DNA of 64,000 nt, taken from the NCBI GenBank assembly GCA_039811685.1, contig JBDHZC010000001.1, positions 32,001-96,000 of the forward strand. The letters are read 5' to 3'. The translations under genes and the position numbers were made by a program. Shown here one piece after another: positions 37,749 through 46,587 of this stretch. The notes below the pieces were generated by a model, which was not told the origin of the DNA, made no database searches, and saw nothing but the letters and a program-made list of their open reading frames with translations. The DNA comes from Armatimonadota bacterium. Lineage in GTDB: Bacteria > Armatimonadota > UBA5829 > DSUL01. Position 1 is the stretch's first letter, and every line of letters starts with the position of its first letter.

Positions 37749-38975
37749 TTGAACGAAATGGTGAGCTTGTCTGGCGGACACACGCGGCGGCTGGTTGTGA
37801 CTGTCGTTTGTGCCCTCGCGCTTGGTGGCTGTGCGCGCGCAGCCAATGCTCCACAGGTGTCCTCATCCAGTCACGGCGCTCTGGGAAAGGGCGTGCCAGC
37901 CTTCACGGTGCGACCTGGATACAGGGTGACTCTGGCGGCGGATAATATCCCCGGCGCTCGCTTCCTTCAACTCGACGACAAGGGCGCCCTCTACGTAAGC
38001 CGTCCGGCGCAGGGTGACATTCTGGCTCTCAGAGATACAAACGGAGACGGCGTCTTTGACAGGCGCAGCACTTACATATCCGGCAAGCCTCAGGCGCACG
38101 GGATGGATTTCCGCGACGGCTGGCTCTGGTTTTCGCAGAGCCGCGCCATTTATAAGACTCGCGACACAAACGGCGACGGCAAAGCGGATGAAGTCACGCA
38201 GGTTCTTGGAGAGGACAGCCTGCCCGGAGGCACCGGACACTGGTGGCGGTCTCTATTGGTGACCGACCAGTACATCTACACCTCTGTTGGCGATCCCGGA
38301 AACGCGACAGATCAGACCGACACAGAGCGTGAAAAGATCTACCGCTTCAACCTGGATGGGTCTGGAAAGCATCTGTTCAGCTCAGGGATTCGCAATACCG
38401 AGAAACTCCGGCTGCGCCCGGGCACTCAAGAAGTGTGGGGGTGTGATCACGGCAGCGATAACTACGGAGCGGAGCTTGGTGAAAAGCAGGGTTCCCTGCA
38501 GCCTGTCACGGATGAAAATCCACCCTGTGAATTCAACTACTACGTAGATGGCGGCTTCTACGGTCATCCCTTTGTCGTCGGCAACCATCTGCCACGCCTG
38601 GAGTACATGAAGCGGCCTGACATTTTGGAGCTGGCGGCAAAGACGATCTCTCCTGCGTGGGACTTCGGAGCGCACTGGGCGCCTAATGGCTGGTGCTTCT
38701 TGAATAGCGATTACTTCGGTGAACACCATCAGGGAGACGCCTTCATCGCGTGTCACGGCTCCTGGAACAGCAGCAAGCGGGTGGGATACCGCGTTCAGAG
38801 AGTGCTTTTTGACAAGGTTACCGGTAAACCGTATGGTTCACTGGCGATTGTGGAGACCTTGGGCAAAAATGGAGATGTTCTGGCCCGGCCGGTCGATTGC
38901 GTTGAAGCAGGAGACGGTACAATCCTGTGGAGCTGCGACGACACTGGCCGAATATATCGAATTGAGAAAGCGTAG
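37749..38975 (+). CDS. PQQ-dependent sugar (sorbosone) dehydrogenase-like beta-propeller, secreted
   Basis: 'GIRN', 'YGHPF', 'AHWAPNG', 'HGSWN', 'RPVD'. Confidence 0.88.
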   Translation: MNEMVSLSGGHTRRLVVTVVCALALGGCARAANAPQVSSSSHGALGKGVPAFTVRPGYRVTLAADNIPGARFLQLDDKGALYVSRPAQGDILALRDTNGDGVFDRRSTYISGKPQAHGMDFRDGWLWFSQSRAIYKTRDTNGDGKADEVTQVLGEDSLPGGTGHWWRSLLVTDQYIYTSVGDPGNATDQTDTEREKIYRFNLDGSGKHLFSSGIRNTEKLRLRPGTQEVWGCDHGSDNYGAELGEKQGSLQPVTDENPPCEFNYYVDGGFYGHPFVVGNHLPRLEYMKRPDILELAAKTISPAWDFGAHWAPNGWCFLNSDYFGEHHQGDAFIACHGSWNSSKRVGYRVQRVLFDKVTGKPYGSLAIVETLGKNGDVLARPVDCVEAGDGTILWSCDDTGRIYRIEKA

Positions 38976-38977
38976 CA

Positions 38978-39559
38978 ATGATAGAAAAGAACAAGAGCGC
39001 AAGTGTGTTTGCCCGGACTTTGGACCGTTTCAAAATCCCGCTGGTAGTGAGCGCGGGCGTTGTAGTGGTTTGCGGGGCAGTCCTCGCGGCTACAGCGCCA
39101 AAAGTGTCGGCCTTCGCGCCCGTTGACTACTTCCAGGCTAAGTGCGCCAGCTGTCACGGTAAGTACGGCGCAATGATGCTCAAGACTATTGTCAAGCGCT
39201 CTGATGCACAACTCAAGCAGGACGTGCAGCAGATGGCGGCTGTGCACTCCCGAGCGCCATTGTCCGGTGACAGGCTGAGCGCGGAGATTGCCTACAACCG
39301 CAGTCTCAAAGATGGCAAGCCCTTCGTCATTCTCACGTCTGCAACGTCTTCACGCCTTGCTGGCGAAATGACGCCCGGATCGGCTGTAACTGTGAAGTCC
39401 GGGGCTACCTCGCTGAAAGCCAGCGCCAGCGGTCATCAGTGGAGTGTGTCTGTCCCGAAGAAGTTTGATATTTCAAAGGCGGCAGTCACAGTCAAAAACG
39501 GCAAAGGCGCCAGCACAATCCAGATTGCAAAGCAAGCTTATTCCCACGCGAAGGGTTAG
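38978..39559 (+). CDS. c-type cytochrome with C-terminal beta-rich domain
   Basis: TM/signal followed by 'CASCH' heme motif. Confidence 0.75.
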   Translation: MIEKNKSASVFARTLDRFKIPLVVSAGVVVVCGAVLAATAPKVSAFAPVDYFQAKCASCHGKYGAMMLKTIVKRSDAQLKQDVQQMAAVHSRAPLSGDRLSAEIAYNRSLKDGKPFVILTSATSSRLAGEMTPGSAVTVKSGATSLKASASGHQWSVSVPKKFDISKAAVTVKNGKGASTIQIAKQAYSHAKG

Positions 39560-39562
39560 CGC

Positions 39563-41233
39563 TTGAGTACCTACGTTCTGGGACTGGATTTTGGAACTCT
39601 CTCTGTCCGGGCGCTGCTTGTCGCAGTTGAGGACGGGCGCGAGGTTGCCTGCGCTGTCTCAGACTATAAACACGGCGTAATTGACCAGACCCTTCCCGAA
39701 ACGGGCGAAGCTCTTCCGCCGGACTGGGCGCTGCAGCATCCACAGGACTACCTGGACGCAATGACTGCTGCCGTCCGGGAGGTCATGTCGATCTCCGGAG
39801 TCGCTCCGGCCAGTGTTATTGGTATTGGAACCGACTTTACTGCGTGCACGATGCTGCCGGTTAACTCCTTCGGCGTACCTCTGGCGCTTGATCCCAAATG
39901 GGCTGGCCACAAACACGCCTGGGTCAAACTCTGGAAGCATCACGCAGCTCAGCCACAGGCCAATCGTATCAACGAGGTGGCAGAGGCTGCGGGAGAGAGT
40001 TTCCTCCAGCGCTACGGCGGCAAGATCAGCTCCGAATGGTTTTTCTCCAAAACCCTCCAGCTTCTGGAGGAAGCGCCGGAAGTCTACCGGGCGGCCGATC
40101 GTCTGATAGAAGCCTCCGACTGGATTGTCTGGCAGCTTACCGGAGTTGAAACCAGGAACGCCTGCACCGCCGGGTACAAAGCAATGTGGGAGAAGGCCAG
40201 CGGATTTCCTTCCAGCGCTTTCTTCCGCTGTTTGGATCCGGAGTTCGAGCACGTTGTAGATGAGAAGATGCTCCGACATATCGCCCCGATTGGAGAAAAA
40301 GCCGGAGAGCTGACGGCGCAGATGGCCGAGAGACTGGGGCTGAGTGCCGGGACTGCGGTGGCTGTGGGCAACATAGATGCGCACGTGGCGGTGCCTGCTA
40401 CGACTGTGGCCGGGGAAGGGGTGATGGTCGCGATTATGGGTACCAGCACGTGCCACATGGTACTCGGCAGGGAAGCGCGCATTGTCGAGGGTATGTGCGG
40501 TTATGTCGAAGATGGAATTCTTCCAGGGTTCTTTGGTTTCGAGGCAGGGCAGTCATGCGTGGGCGATCATTTCGCGTGGTTCGCGGAGAACTGCGTGCCG
40601 GCGTCCTACGAACGTGAAGCTGAAGAGCGCTCTCTGAGCGTTCACGAGCTTTTGACAGAGAAGGCTGCGCAGCTCAGACCCGGGGAAAGCGGCCTGTTGG
40701 CGCTCGACTGGTGGAATGGCAACCGCAGTGTGCTGGTGGATGCGGATCTCACAGGCTTGTTAGTTGGCTGCACGCTCAATACGCGTCCAGAAGAAATCTA
40801 CCGGGCGTTGATAGAGGCAACGGCCTTTGGTACTAACATCATTATCGAGGCTTTTGTGTCGAATGGCATTGAGGTCAATGAGATTGTCGCATGCGGGGGG
40901 CTGCCAGATCGAAACGAACTGCTTATGCAGATTTATGCGGACGTAACAGGGCGGGAGTTCAAAATTGCTGAGTCCGCACAGACCTGCGCGCTGGGTTCCG
41001 CGATGTGGGGTGCGGTGGCGGCCGGCAAAGCCCGCGGAGGCTATGACGACATCGCTGAGGCGGCCAGGCGTATGGCTCGCGTCAGGGATTGTTCCTTCAA
41101 GCCAGTAGCTGAAAATCACGCCATATATCGGAAGCTTTTCATTGAGTATCAAAAGCTCCACGACTACTTCGGGAGAGAGGGCAGCAACGCCATGAAGACG
41201 TTGAAGAACCTCAGAAAGCAGCAGCTCCAGTAA
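39563..41233 (+). CDS. araB: Ribulokinase
   Basis: 'GLDFGTLS', 'DFTACT', 'WKHHAAQ', 'YGGKISSEW', 'LDWWNGNRS'. Confidence 0.95.
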   Translation: MSTYVLGLDFGTLSVRALLVAVEDGREVACAVSDYKHGVIDQTLPETGEALPPDWALQHPQDYLDAMTAAVREVMSISGVAPASVIGIGTDFTACTMLPVNSFGVPLALDPKWAGHKHAWVKLWKHHAAQPQANRINEVAEAAGESFLQRYGGKISSEWFFSKTLQLLEEAPEVYRAADRLIEASDWIVWQLTGVETRNACTAGYKAMWEKASGFPSSAFFRCLDPEFEHVVDEKMLRHIAPIGEKAGELTAQMAERLGLSAGTAVAVGNIDAHVAVPATTVAGEGVMVAIMGTSTCHMVLGREARIVEGMCGYVEDGILPGFFGFEAGQSCVGDHFAWFAENCVPASYEREAEERSLSVHELLTEKAAQLRPGESGLLALDWWNGNRSVLVDADLTGLLVGCTLNTRPEEIYRALIEATAFGTNIIIEAFVSNGIEVNEIVACGGLPDRNELLMQIYADVTGREFKIAESAQTCALGSAMWGAVAAGKARGGYDDIAEAARRMARVRDCSFKPVAENHAIYRKLFIEYQKLHDYFGREGSNAMKTLKNLRKQQLQ

Positions 41234-41373
41234 ACCTTCCGCCCGAACCACTCGGTCCCGGCTCTACGCCCGTCATCGCGGTGCCAGCCTGGCGCTGTAA
41301 TTCTAGCCGAGGACTTCCTGCCGTTCATTGTTTCTGAGATCCGGATACGATATAATGGCCCTGGGAAGAGTCT

Positions 41374-41664
41374 ATGCTTGACCGGAGCTCGTCACTCAGG
41401 CGAATAGTAGCTTTCTGGTTGATAGTCGCGGTTTCGCTGACTGTGAGCTTGACCGCATCCCATGGGCATCCCACAGACACACTTGGCGACAACTGCCAGA
41501 TCTGTCTTGCCTCTCACAGCTCCTCCGTTGCAGCGCTTCCTGCAGTGGCTCAGGCGCCTGTAGTCTCCGTAATAGATTTACCTCTGATCTCCACCTGCCT
41601 CAGCGAGCTCTCCAACTGCGCTCTCAGCTCCGATTCTCGCGCTCCTCCTTCAGTTCTCTCTTAG
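41374..41664 (+). CDS. DUF2946-like leader protein (signal/TM, HxH, CxxC, C-terminal RAPP)
   Basis: 'SHGH', 'NCQICLASH', 'SRAPPS'; TTGTTT-N17-TATAAT promoter at 41328-56. Confidence 0.8.
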   Translation: MLDRSSSLRRIVAFWLIVAVSLTVSLTASHGHPTDTLGDNCQICLASHSSSVAALPAVAQAPVVSVIDLPLISTCLSELSNCALSSDSRAPPSVLS

Positions 41665-41820
41665 GTTCAGTCTCTGCTTCTGTCTACCGCTGTACGCCGG
41701 TTTCAGCTTATGCTTCCGCAACGCAAGAGCTGCCCGCTGCGTGCGCAGAGAAGGGCCGCTGTTTGGAGACTGGCACGTCCCCGCGCATCCTTGCGCTCGT
41801 TGACCGAGATTTGAGGGAAC

Positions 41821-43170
41821 ATGAACAGACCTTTTCTTATATGCCGCCTGCAATCGGCATTTTTTGCGGCTGCAATCTTGGCCGTTTGCGCGTCACTTCC
41901 ACTCTACTGCGACAGTGCGCCACCACCGCCAGATGAGGCGGCAGCCGTATCCGGTGCCTCTGACGACAGCGTTGAAATTGCAGATTTAAAACGCGAAATC
42001 GAAACTCTGCGCAAGCGAATTGGGGAATTGGAGCGCAGGTACGCAGGCTCACCAGACGCTCTACCGCAGGCGGAGACAGACAGCAGTATTGTGGCCCCTC
42101 CCGAGGCTGCGGAAGGGACGGATCATGCGTCCGCGCCGGAGCCTGCCGGCGCCGGGCGGGCGTTGCTGCTCCCGGATATCAGCCTGATAGGGAACTTCCT
42201 TGGAAATCTGAGCTCAGACAAGCGCTCTGGCCATCGGAATAGCATAGATGTTGAAGCTGTGGAGCTTGGGATTCAGAGCTACGTCTATCCAGGAGTGAAG
42301 GCGGACGTCTTTATTGCAATGCCACACGAGGACGGCCATCGCGCACAGGTGGAGGAAGCCTATCTGAGCGCGCTCAATCTTGGCAAGGGCTTGAGCCTGC
42401 GGGTTGGAAAGAGCAAAGTTCCCTTCGGCCGCGTGAATCAGTTGCATGCGCACTCGTGGCTGTATGTAACTCAGCCGTCGGCTCTGGCTAACCTTGTGTC
42501 TCCGGAGTCGCTGATCGGAGAAGGAGCCTATCTGAGCTACCTCGCGCCGACACCCGGAAAGCTCTTTGCACAGCTTGACGCCGGATTCTGGACCAATCCT
42601 GCGGAGCCGGAGTTTGGAGACCCGACGGACCCGTCCGCAATTCTGAAAGGCGCTGGAGCGGCGTTTGGGGATCGCTTCAACACGCTTCGGCTCTGGACTT
42701 CCTACCCTACGACAGAACGCTCAGAGCTTGAACTAGGCGCCAGCCACGCCTGGGGCTCTGGAGCCATCCCACCGGCGCATTCCGTGCGTTCACGGGTCGG
42801 ACTCTCGGGTGCGGATGTCTCGTACCGCATTTTTCAGGGCAACAACAAGCGTCTGCTGCTGCGCGGCGAACACATCTGGCGACGGGCTGATCACGGGGCT
42901 TTTCCGACTGCTCGCGGCTACTACCTTCTCGTAGATCAGCGCCTCAGCGCTTACAGAGAGTACGCGCTGCGCTACGACTGGAGCCAGTTTCCGTATGCGC
43001 CCGGACTGCACGAGAGCAGCATTTCCGGGATATTTACGAATCAACTCACAGAGCAGACTTACCTTCGTCTGCAGATAACTCACGGTTCCAGGCCCGGTAA
43101 GAGCCACTACAACGAACTCTGGCTGCAATGGGTCTGGGGCGTCGGTCCGCACACACACGATCTCGAGTAA
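41821..43170 (+). CDS. Putative outer-membrane beta-barrel for Zn/metal uptake
   Basis: Signal peptide, coiled coil, 'PDISLIG', 'EEAY', 'FGRVNQLHAH', C-terminal 'GPHTH'. Confidence 0.75.
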   Translation: MNRPFLICRLQSAFFAAAILAVCASLPLYCDSAPPPPDEAAAVSGASDDSVEIADLKREIETLRKRIGELERRYAGSPDALPQAETDSSIVAPPEAAEGTDHASAPEPAGAGRALLLPDISLIGNFLGNLSSDKRSGHRNSIDVEAVELGIQSYVYPGVKADVFIAMPHEDGHRAQVEEAYLSALNLGKGLSLRVGKSKVPFGRVNQLHAHSWLYVTQPSALANLVSPESLIGEGAYLSYLAPTPGKLFAQLDAGFWTNPAEPEFGDPTDPSAILKGAGAAFGDRFNTLRLWTSYPTTERSELELGASHAWGSGAIPPAHSVRSRVGLSGADVSYRIFQGNNKRLLLRGEHIWRRADHGAFPTARGYYLLVDQRLSAYREYALRYDWSQFPYAPGLHESSISGIFTNQLTEQTYLRLQITHGSRPGKSHYNELWLQWVWGVGPHTHDLE

Positions 43171-43182
43171 AGGAGGTTCATC

Positions 43183-44091
43183 GTGAAATCTATGTTCTAT
43201 CGCGCTTTCTTAGCTCTCATAATCGCTCTTTCGGTTTCTTGCCAGGCTCAGGCTGCAGTGAAGGTTGTCACTTCCACGCCGGAGCTGGCAGCAATAGCAA
43301 AGGAGGTCGGCGGCGCCAGAATCTCTGTGGTATCACTGGCAAAGCCTGACCAGGATTATCACAAGGTGGAAGCCCGTCCCAGCGATGTGCGCCAGGTGGC
43401 GCAGGCAGCCCTTCTGGTTCGCGTCGGGATGGATATAGACCTCTGGATGGACGCCGTGATAAACGCTGCTCGAAACAGCAAGGTCAGTCGTGGCGCTCCT
43501 GGTTATGTGGATGCCTCTGCGATGATCAGAAAGCTCCAGGTTCCGAAGGCAAGTATCACAGGCGCATCCGGCGATATTCATGCTATGGGCAATCCGCACT
43601 ACTGGTTGGACCCTGCCAACGGCAAAGTCATCGCCTATGAAATCCTTCTTGGATTGCGCAAGGTGGACTCAAAAAACGCTGCTTCTTACGATGGTAACTA
43701 CAGCGCATTTGTCAAACGGATTGACGCAAAAATGCAACAGTGGAAGGCGAGTATGGCTCCGGTCAAAGGCCACCCTGTCGTCGCTTACCACGATGAGTGG
43801 ATCTACTTCTACACGCGCTTTGGTCTCAGGGCGTTCGGTTATCTGGAACCAAAACCGGGGATTCCGCCCAGCGCCGGGCACATCAGCGACCTGATAAGCA
43901 GGATGAAGACGGCGAAGGCAAAAGCAGTCATCGTCCCTTCCATTTACCCGATGCGCTTCCCTGAGACAGTCGCGAGCGCGACAGGGGCCCGGATAGTCCG
44001 CGTTCCTTATTCCGTCGGTTCAATGGGAACCTCCGGCTACATCAATTACATGGATGCTATCGTATCAGCCGTTGTTCGAGGCATGAGGTAA
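43183..44091 (+). CDS. Zn/Mn ABC transporter substrate-binding protein
   Basis: 'QDYH', 'GNPHYWLDP', 'YHD', 'EPKPGIPP'. Confidence 0.92.
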   Translation: MKSMFYRAFLALIIALSVSCQAQAAVKVVTSTPELAAIAKEVGGARISVVSLAKPDQDYHKVEARPSDVRQVAQAALLVRVGMDIDLWMDAVINAARNSKVSRGAPGYVDASAMIRKLQVPKASITGASGDIHAMGNPHYWLDPANGKVIAYEILLGLRKVDSKNAASYDGNYSAFVKRIDAKMQQWKASMAPVKGHPVVAYHDEWIYFYTRFGLRAFGYLEPKPGIPPSAGHISDLISRMKTAKAKAVIVPSIYPMRFPETVASATGARIVRVPYSVGSMGTSGYINYMDAIVSAVVRGMR

Positions 44092-44094
44092 GCC

Positions 44095-44856
44095 ATGTAC
44101 TCCGAAGAAAATCAGGCCGGGAACTCGCTACTACTGCGCTTTGAAGATGTCTCCCTGGCTTACGGCCGGCGTGTAGTTCTACAGAACCTCAACTTCAGTC
44201 TGCACAGGGGTGACTACGTTGGTCTGGTGGGGCCGAACGGCGCCGGGAAAACTACACTCCTGCGTGCGCTTCTGGGTACAGTCAAGCCGCACTCAGGCGC
44301 CATCCACAGTCCGCGTAGCGTCCACTGGGGGTACGTCCCGCAGGTTCAGACGATGGATGAACACTTCCCTTTCAGTGTTCTGGATGTTGCGCTGATGGGA
44401 CGCTACCGCCAGTGCGGCCTGCTGAGGCGGCCTTCGGCGCAGGACCGCGCGATCGCCATGCGGGCACTGGAAGACGTGGGTATCGCGGACCTGCATTCCC
44501 GCACTTTTCGTGAACTCTCAGGAGGGCAGAGGCAGCGGGCTCTTATGGCTCGGGCGCTCGCCTCCCAACCAGACGCGCTGGCTCTGGATGAGCCTACCAA
44601 CGACATGGACATTTCCGCAGAACGCGCCACGATGGAGTTGTTGGATCGTCTGCACAGTGAGCACGGGTTACTTGTGCTGATGGCAAGCCATCTGCTCAAC
44701 GTTGTCGTCAATCACGTTCAGGAAGTGGCCCTTATTGGGCGCGGCACATTGGCGCTAGGCGCGGTTGACGATATGATTCATTCCGAGCGCCTGAAGGCGC
44801 TCTACGGAGTTGACGTTACAGTGGCCCATCTCGGGGACAGGCGGCTCGTTGTATGA
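44095..44856 (+). CDS. Metal ABC transporter ATPase
   Basis: 'GPNGAGKT', 'GYVPQ', 'LSGGQRQR', 'LDEP'. Confidence 0.94.
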   Translation: MYSEENQAGNSLLLRFEDVSLAYGRRVVLQNLNFSLHRGDYVGLVGPNGAGKTTLLRALLGTVKPHSGAIHSPRSVHWGYVPQVQTMDEHFPFSVLDVALMGRYRQCGLLRRPSAQDRAIAMRALEDVGIADLHSRTFRELSGGQRQRALMARALASQPDALALDEPTNDMDISAERATMELLDRLHSEHGLLVLMASHLLNVVVNHVQEVALIGRGTLALGAVDDMIHSERLKALYGVDVTVAHLGDRRLVV

Positions 44857-45956
44857 AACCTTGGACACTGGCTGCCGCGCTGTGTGCGTCGCTAGCGGTG
44901 TTTGCGCCGAGCATGGCCTCAGTAACTCTCCCGCCCCCTCCGCCGCCGGAGTCAGCAAGTCCTTCCCGTGAGGCTCGCGATACGGCTCATGGGACGGACC
45001 ACGCCTCTCACGCCGCTTCTCCGGATAGGCCGCCGTCCGCAGAAAGGAGCCAGAGTCCGAGCGTCACGTCCGGGCAGCCCTCTTTGGCCCCTGACACGGC
45101 TTCCCCAGAGACAGGCTCATCACGCCACGCGGCGCGGAACTTCGTGCAGGTTTTTACGGCGCAGGAGAATGCGTTCATGCGGCCGGCGCTGCTGGTGGGT
45201 GTGATGGTGGCGGTAGTCTGCGCGTATTTGGGATTCTACGTTATTCTAAAGCGCGTCGTATTTCTGGGCCTTGCGCTGGCGGAAGTCAGCTCTGCGGGCG
45301 TTGCTCTGGGCCTAGCGATCAGTGTCAACCCGGTACTTGTGTCTATCGGGACAATGCTGGTGGGAGTCGTTGCGTTTTCGGTGAAATGGTCTGCGCGGCG
45401 CATTCCTCAGGATGCCTTTATCGGTGTTGGCTTTGCGTTTGCTTCCGCAGCTGCGCTTCTTCTGGTCGCAAGTAGCCCGGTTGGCGAGGCGCACATGCTG
45501 GATCTGCTTCGCGGCGATATTCTCACTGTCCAGCCATGGGAGCTCTTTGCGACTGGCATCGGGCTGGGATTTGTCGCTATCCTGCATCTGCTCTTCACAA
45601 AAGAGCTGCTGTTTGTTTCGTTTGATCCGGAGACGGCCGCGGCGTCCGGGTACAACGTACGTATGTGGGAGATGGCGCTGTTTCTCAGCGTGGGGCTAAC
45701 TATCGCGCTTGGTATCCACGCGACAGGCGTACTGTTCACTTCAGGCGCTCTGGTCATACCGGCAACTACTGCGCTGCTACTTTCAAAACGCTTCACGCAG
45801 TGTGCGATTATCGCTGTGGCCCTCGGAGCGCTCCCTGTGCCTGTTGGACTCTACATTTCCTTTGTCACAGATATGAGCGCATCCGCTTCCGTTGTTGCCG
45901 TCTCGTTCGCTCTGCTTGTCGTCGCGGCGATTGGTGTCCGCGCGTCTCACAGGTAG
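44853..45956 (+). CDS. Metal ABC transporter permease (ABC-3) with N-terminal low-complexity extension
   Basis: 'LKRVVFLGLALAE', 'LLRGDIL', 'SFDPETA'. Confidence 0.9.
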   Translation: MKPWTLAAALCASLAVFAPSMASVTLPPPPPPESASPSREARDTAHGTDHASHAASPDRPPSAERSQSPSVTSGQPSLAPDTASPETGSSRHAARNFVQVFTAQENAFMRPALLVGVMVAVVCAYLGFYVILKRVVFLGLALAEVSSAGVALGLAISVNPVLVSIGTMLVGVVAFSVKWSARRIPQDAFIGVGFAFASAAALLLVASSPVGEAHMLDLLRGDILTVQPWELFATGIGLGFVAILHLLFTKELLFVSFDPETAAASGYNVRMWEMALFLSVGLTIALGIHATGVLFTSGALVIPATTALLLSKRFTQCAIIAVALGALPVPVGLYISFVTDMSASASVVAVSFALLVVAAIGVRASHR

Positions 45957-46079
45957 GCCTTAGCGGGCAAACAGGTAAGGCTGTCAGGGTTTCGTTTGTG
46001 CGCACGTGGAACACTAGATATGACACTCGCTGTGCAGCTCCTGTTGTGTGGAGGGTGTCAGACAACAGCCGATCGTGAC

Positions 46080-46181
46080 CGAAAAGGCAAATCTGCCGAA
46101 AGGCAGTGACGCAAAGCCACGGGTCTAAAGCTCGCCTTGCGCCCCGCGCGTGGGTGAGCTACGATAGCCGAGCTGCCGAAA
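46080..46181 (+). promoter_or_regulatory. c-di-GMP-I (GEMM-I) riboswitch
   Basis: GGCAAA-TCTGCC-GAAA-GGCAG-TGACGCAAAGCCACGGGTCTAA...GATAGCCGAGCTGCCGA. Confidence 0.9.
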
Positions 46182-46587
46182 CACTGCGGGTTGTCGTGTT
46201 GTGGCATGGTCGCCGCGCTCTTGCGCCGGGTTGACAGTGTCACAGCATTACCCCTTTGTGGTAACTTCCCCAGTTTGCCAGGTCTCTTCGATCACGCGGT
46301 GTTGATGGTCCGTTGCGGGCCGAAGCTCTTCGGCCCGCACTTGTTCACATCTTGCGAACGGGAAACCTTCCCGCTTCGCAGAGCGACCAGGTGCGCCCGC
46401 GTTTCTTGCGGGTTTGCGGATACTCACCTCACACGCGAACTCTGCCAATGGCTGCAAGGCCGGAGCGCAGAGTGAGCTCACGATTACTGGCCAGGGCGAT
46501 CAGGTAAATGACTGGTTCTCCATGGCCGGAGCCACTACTGATCCAGACCTCGCGCTCCCAATTTGCGAGGTGCTTGGGGGATTACCA

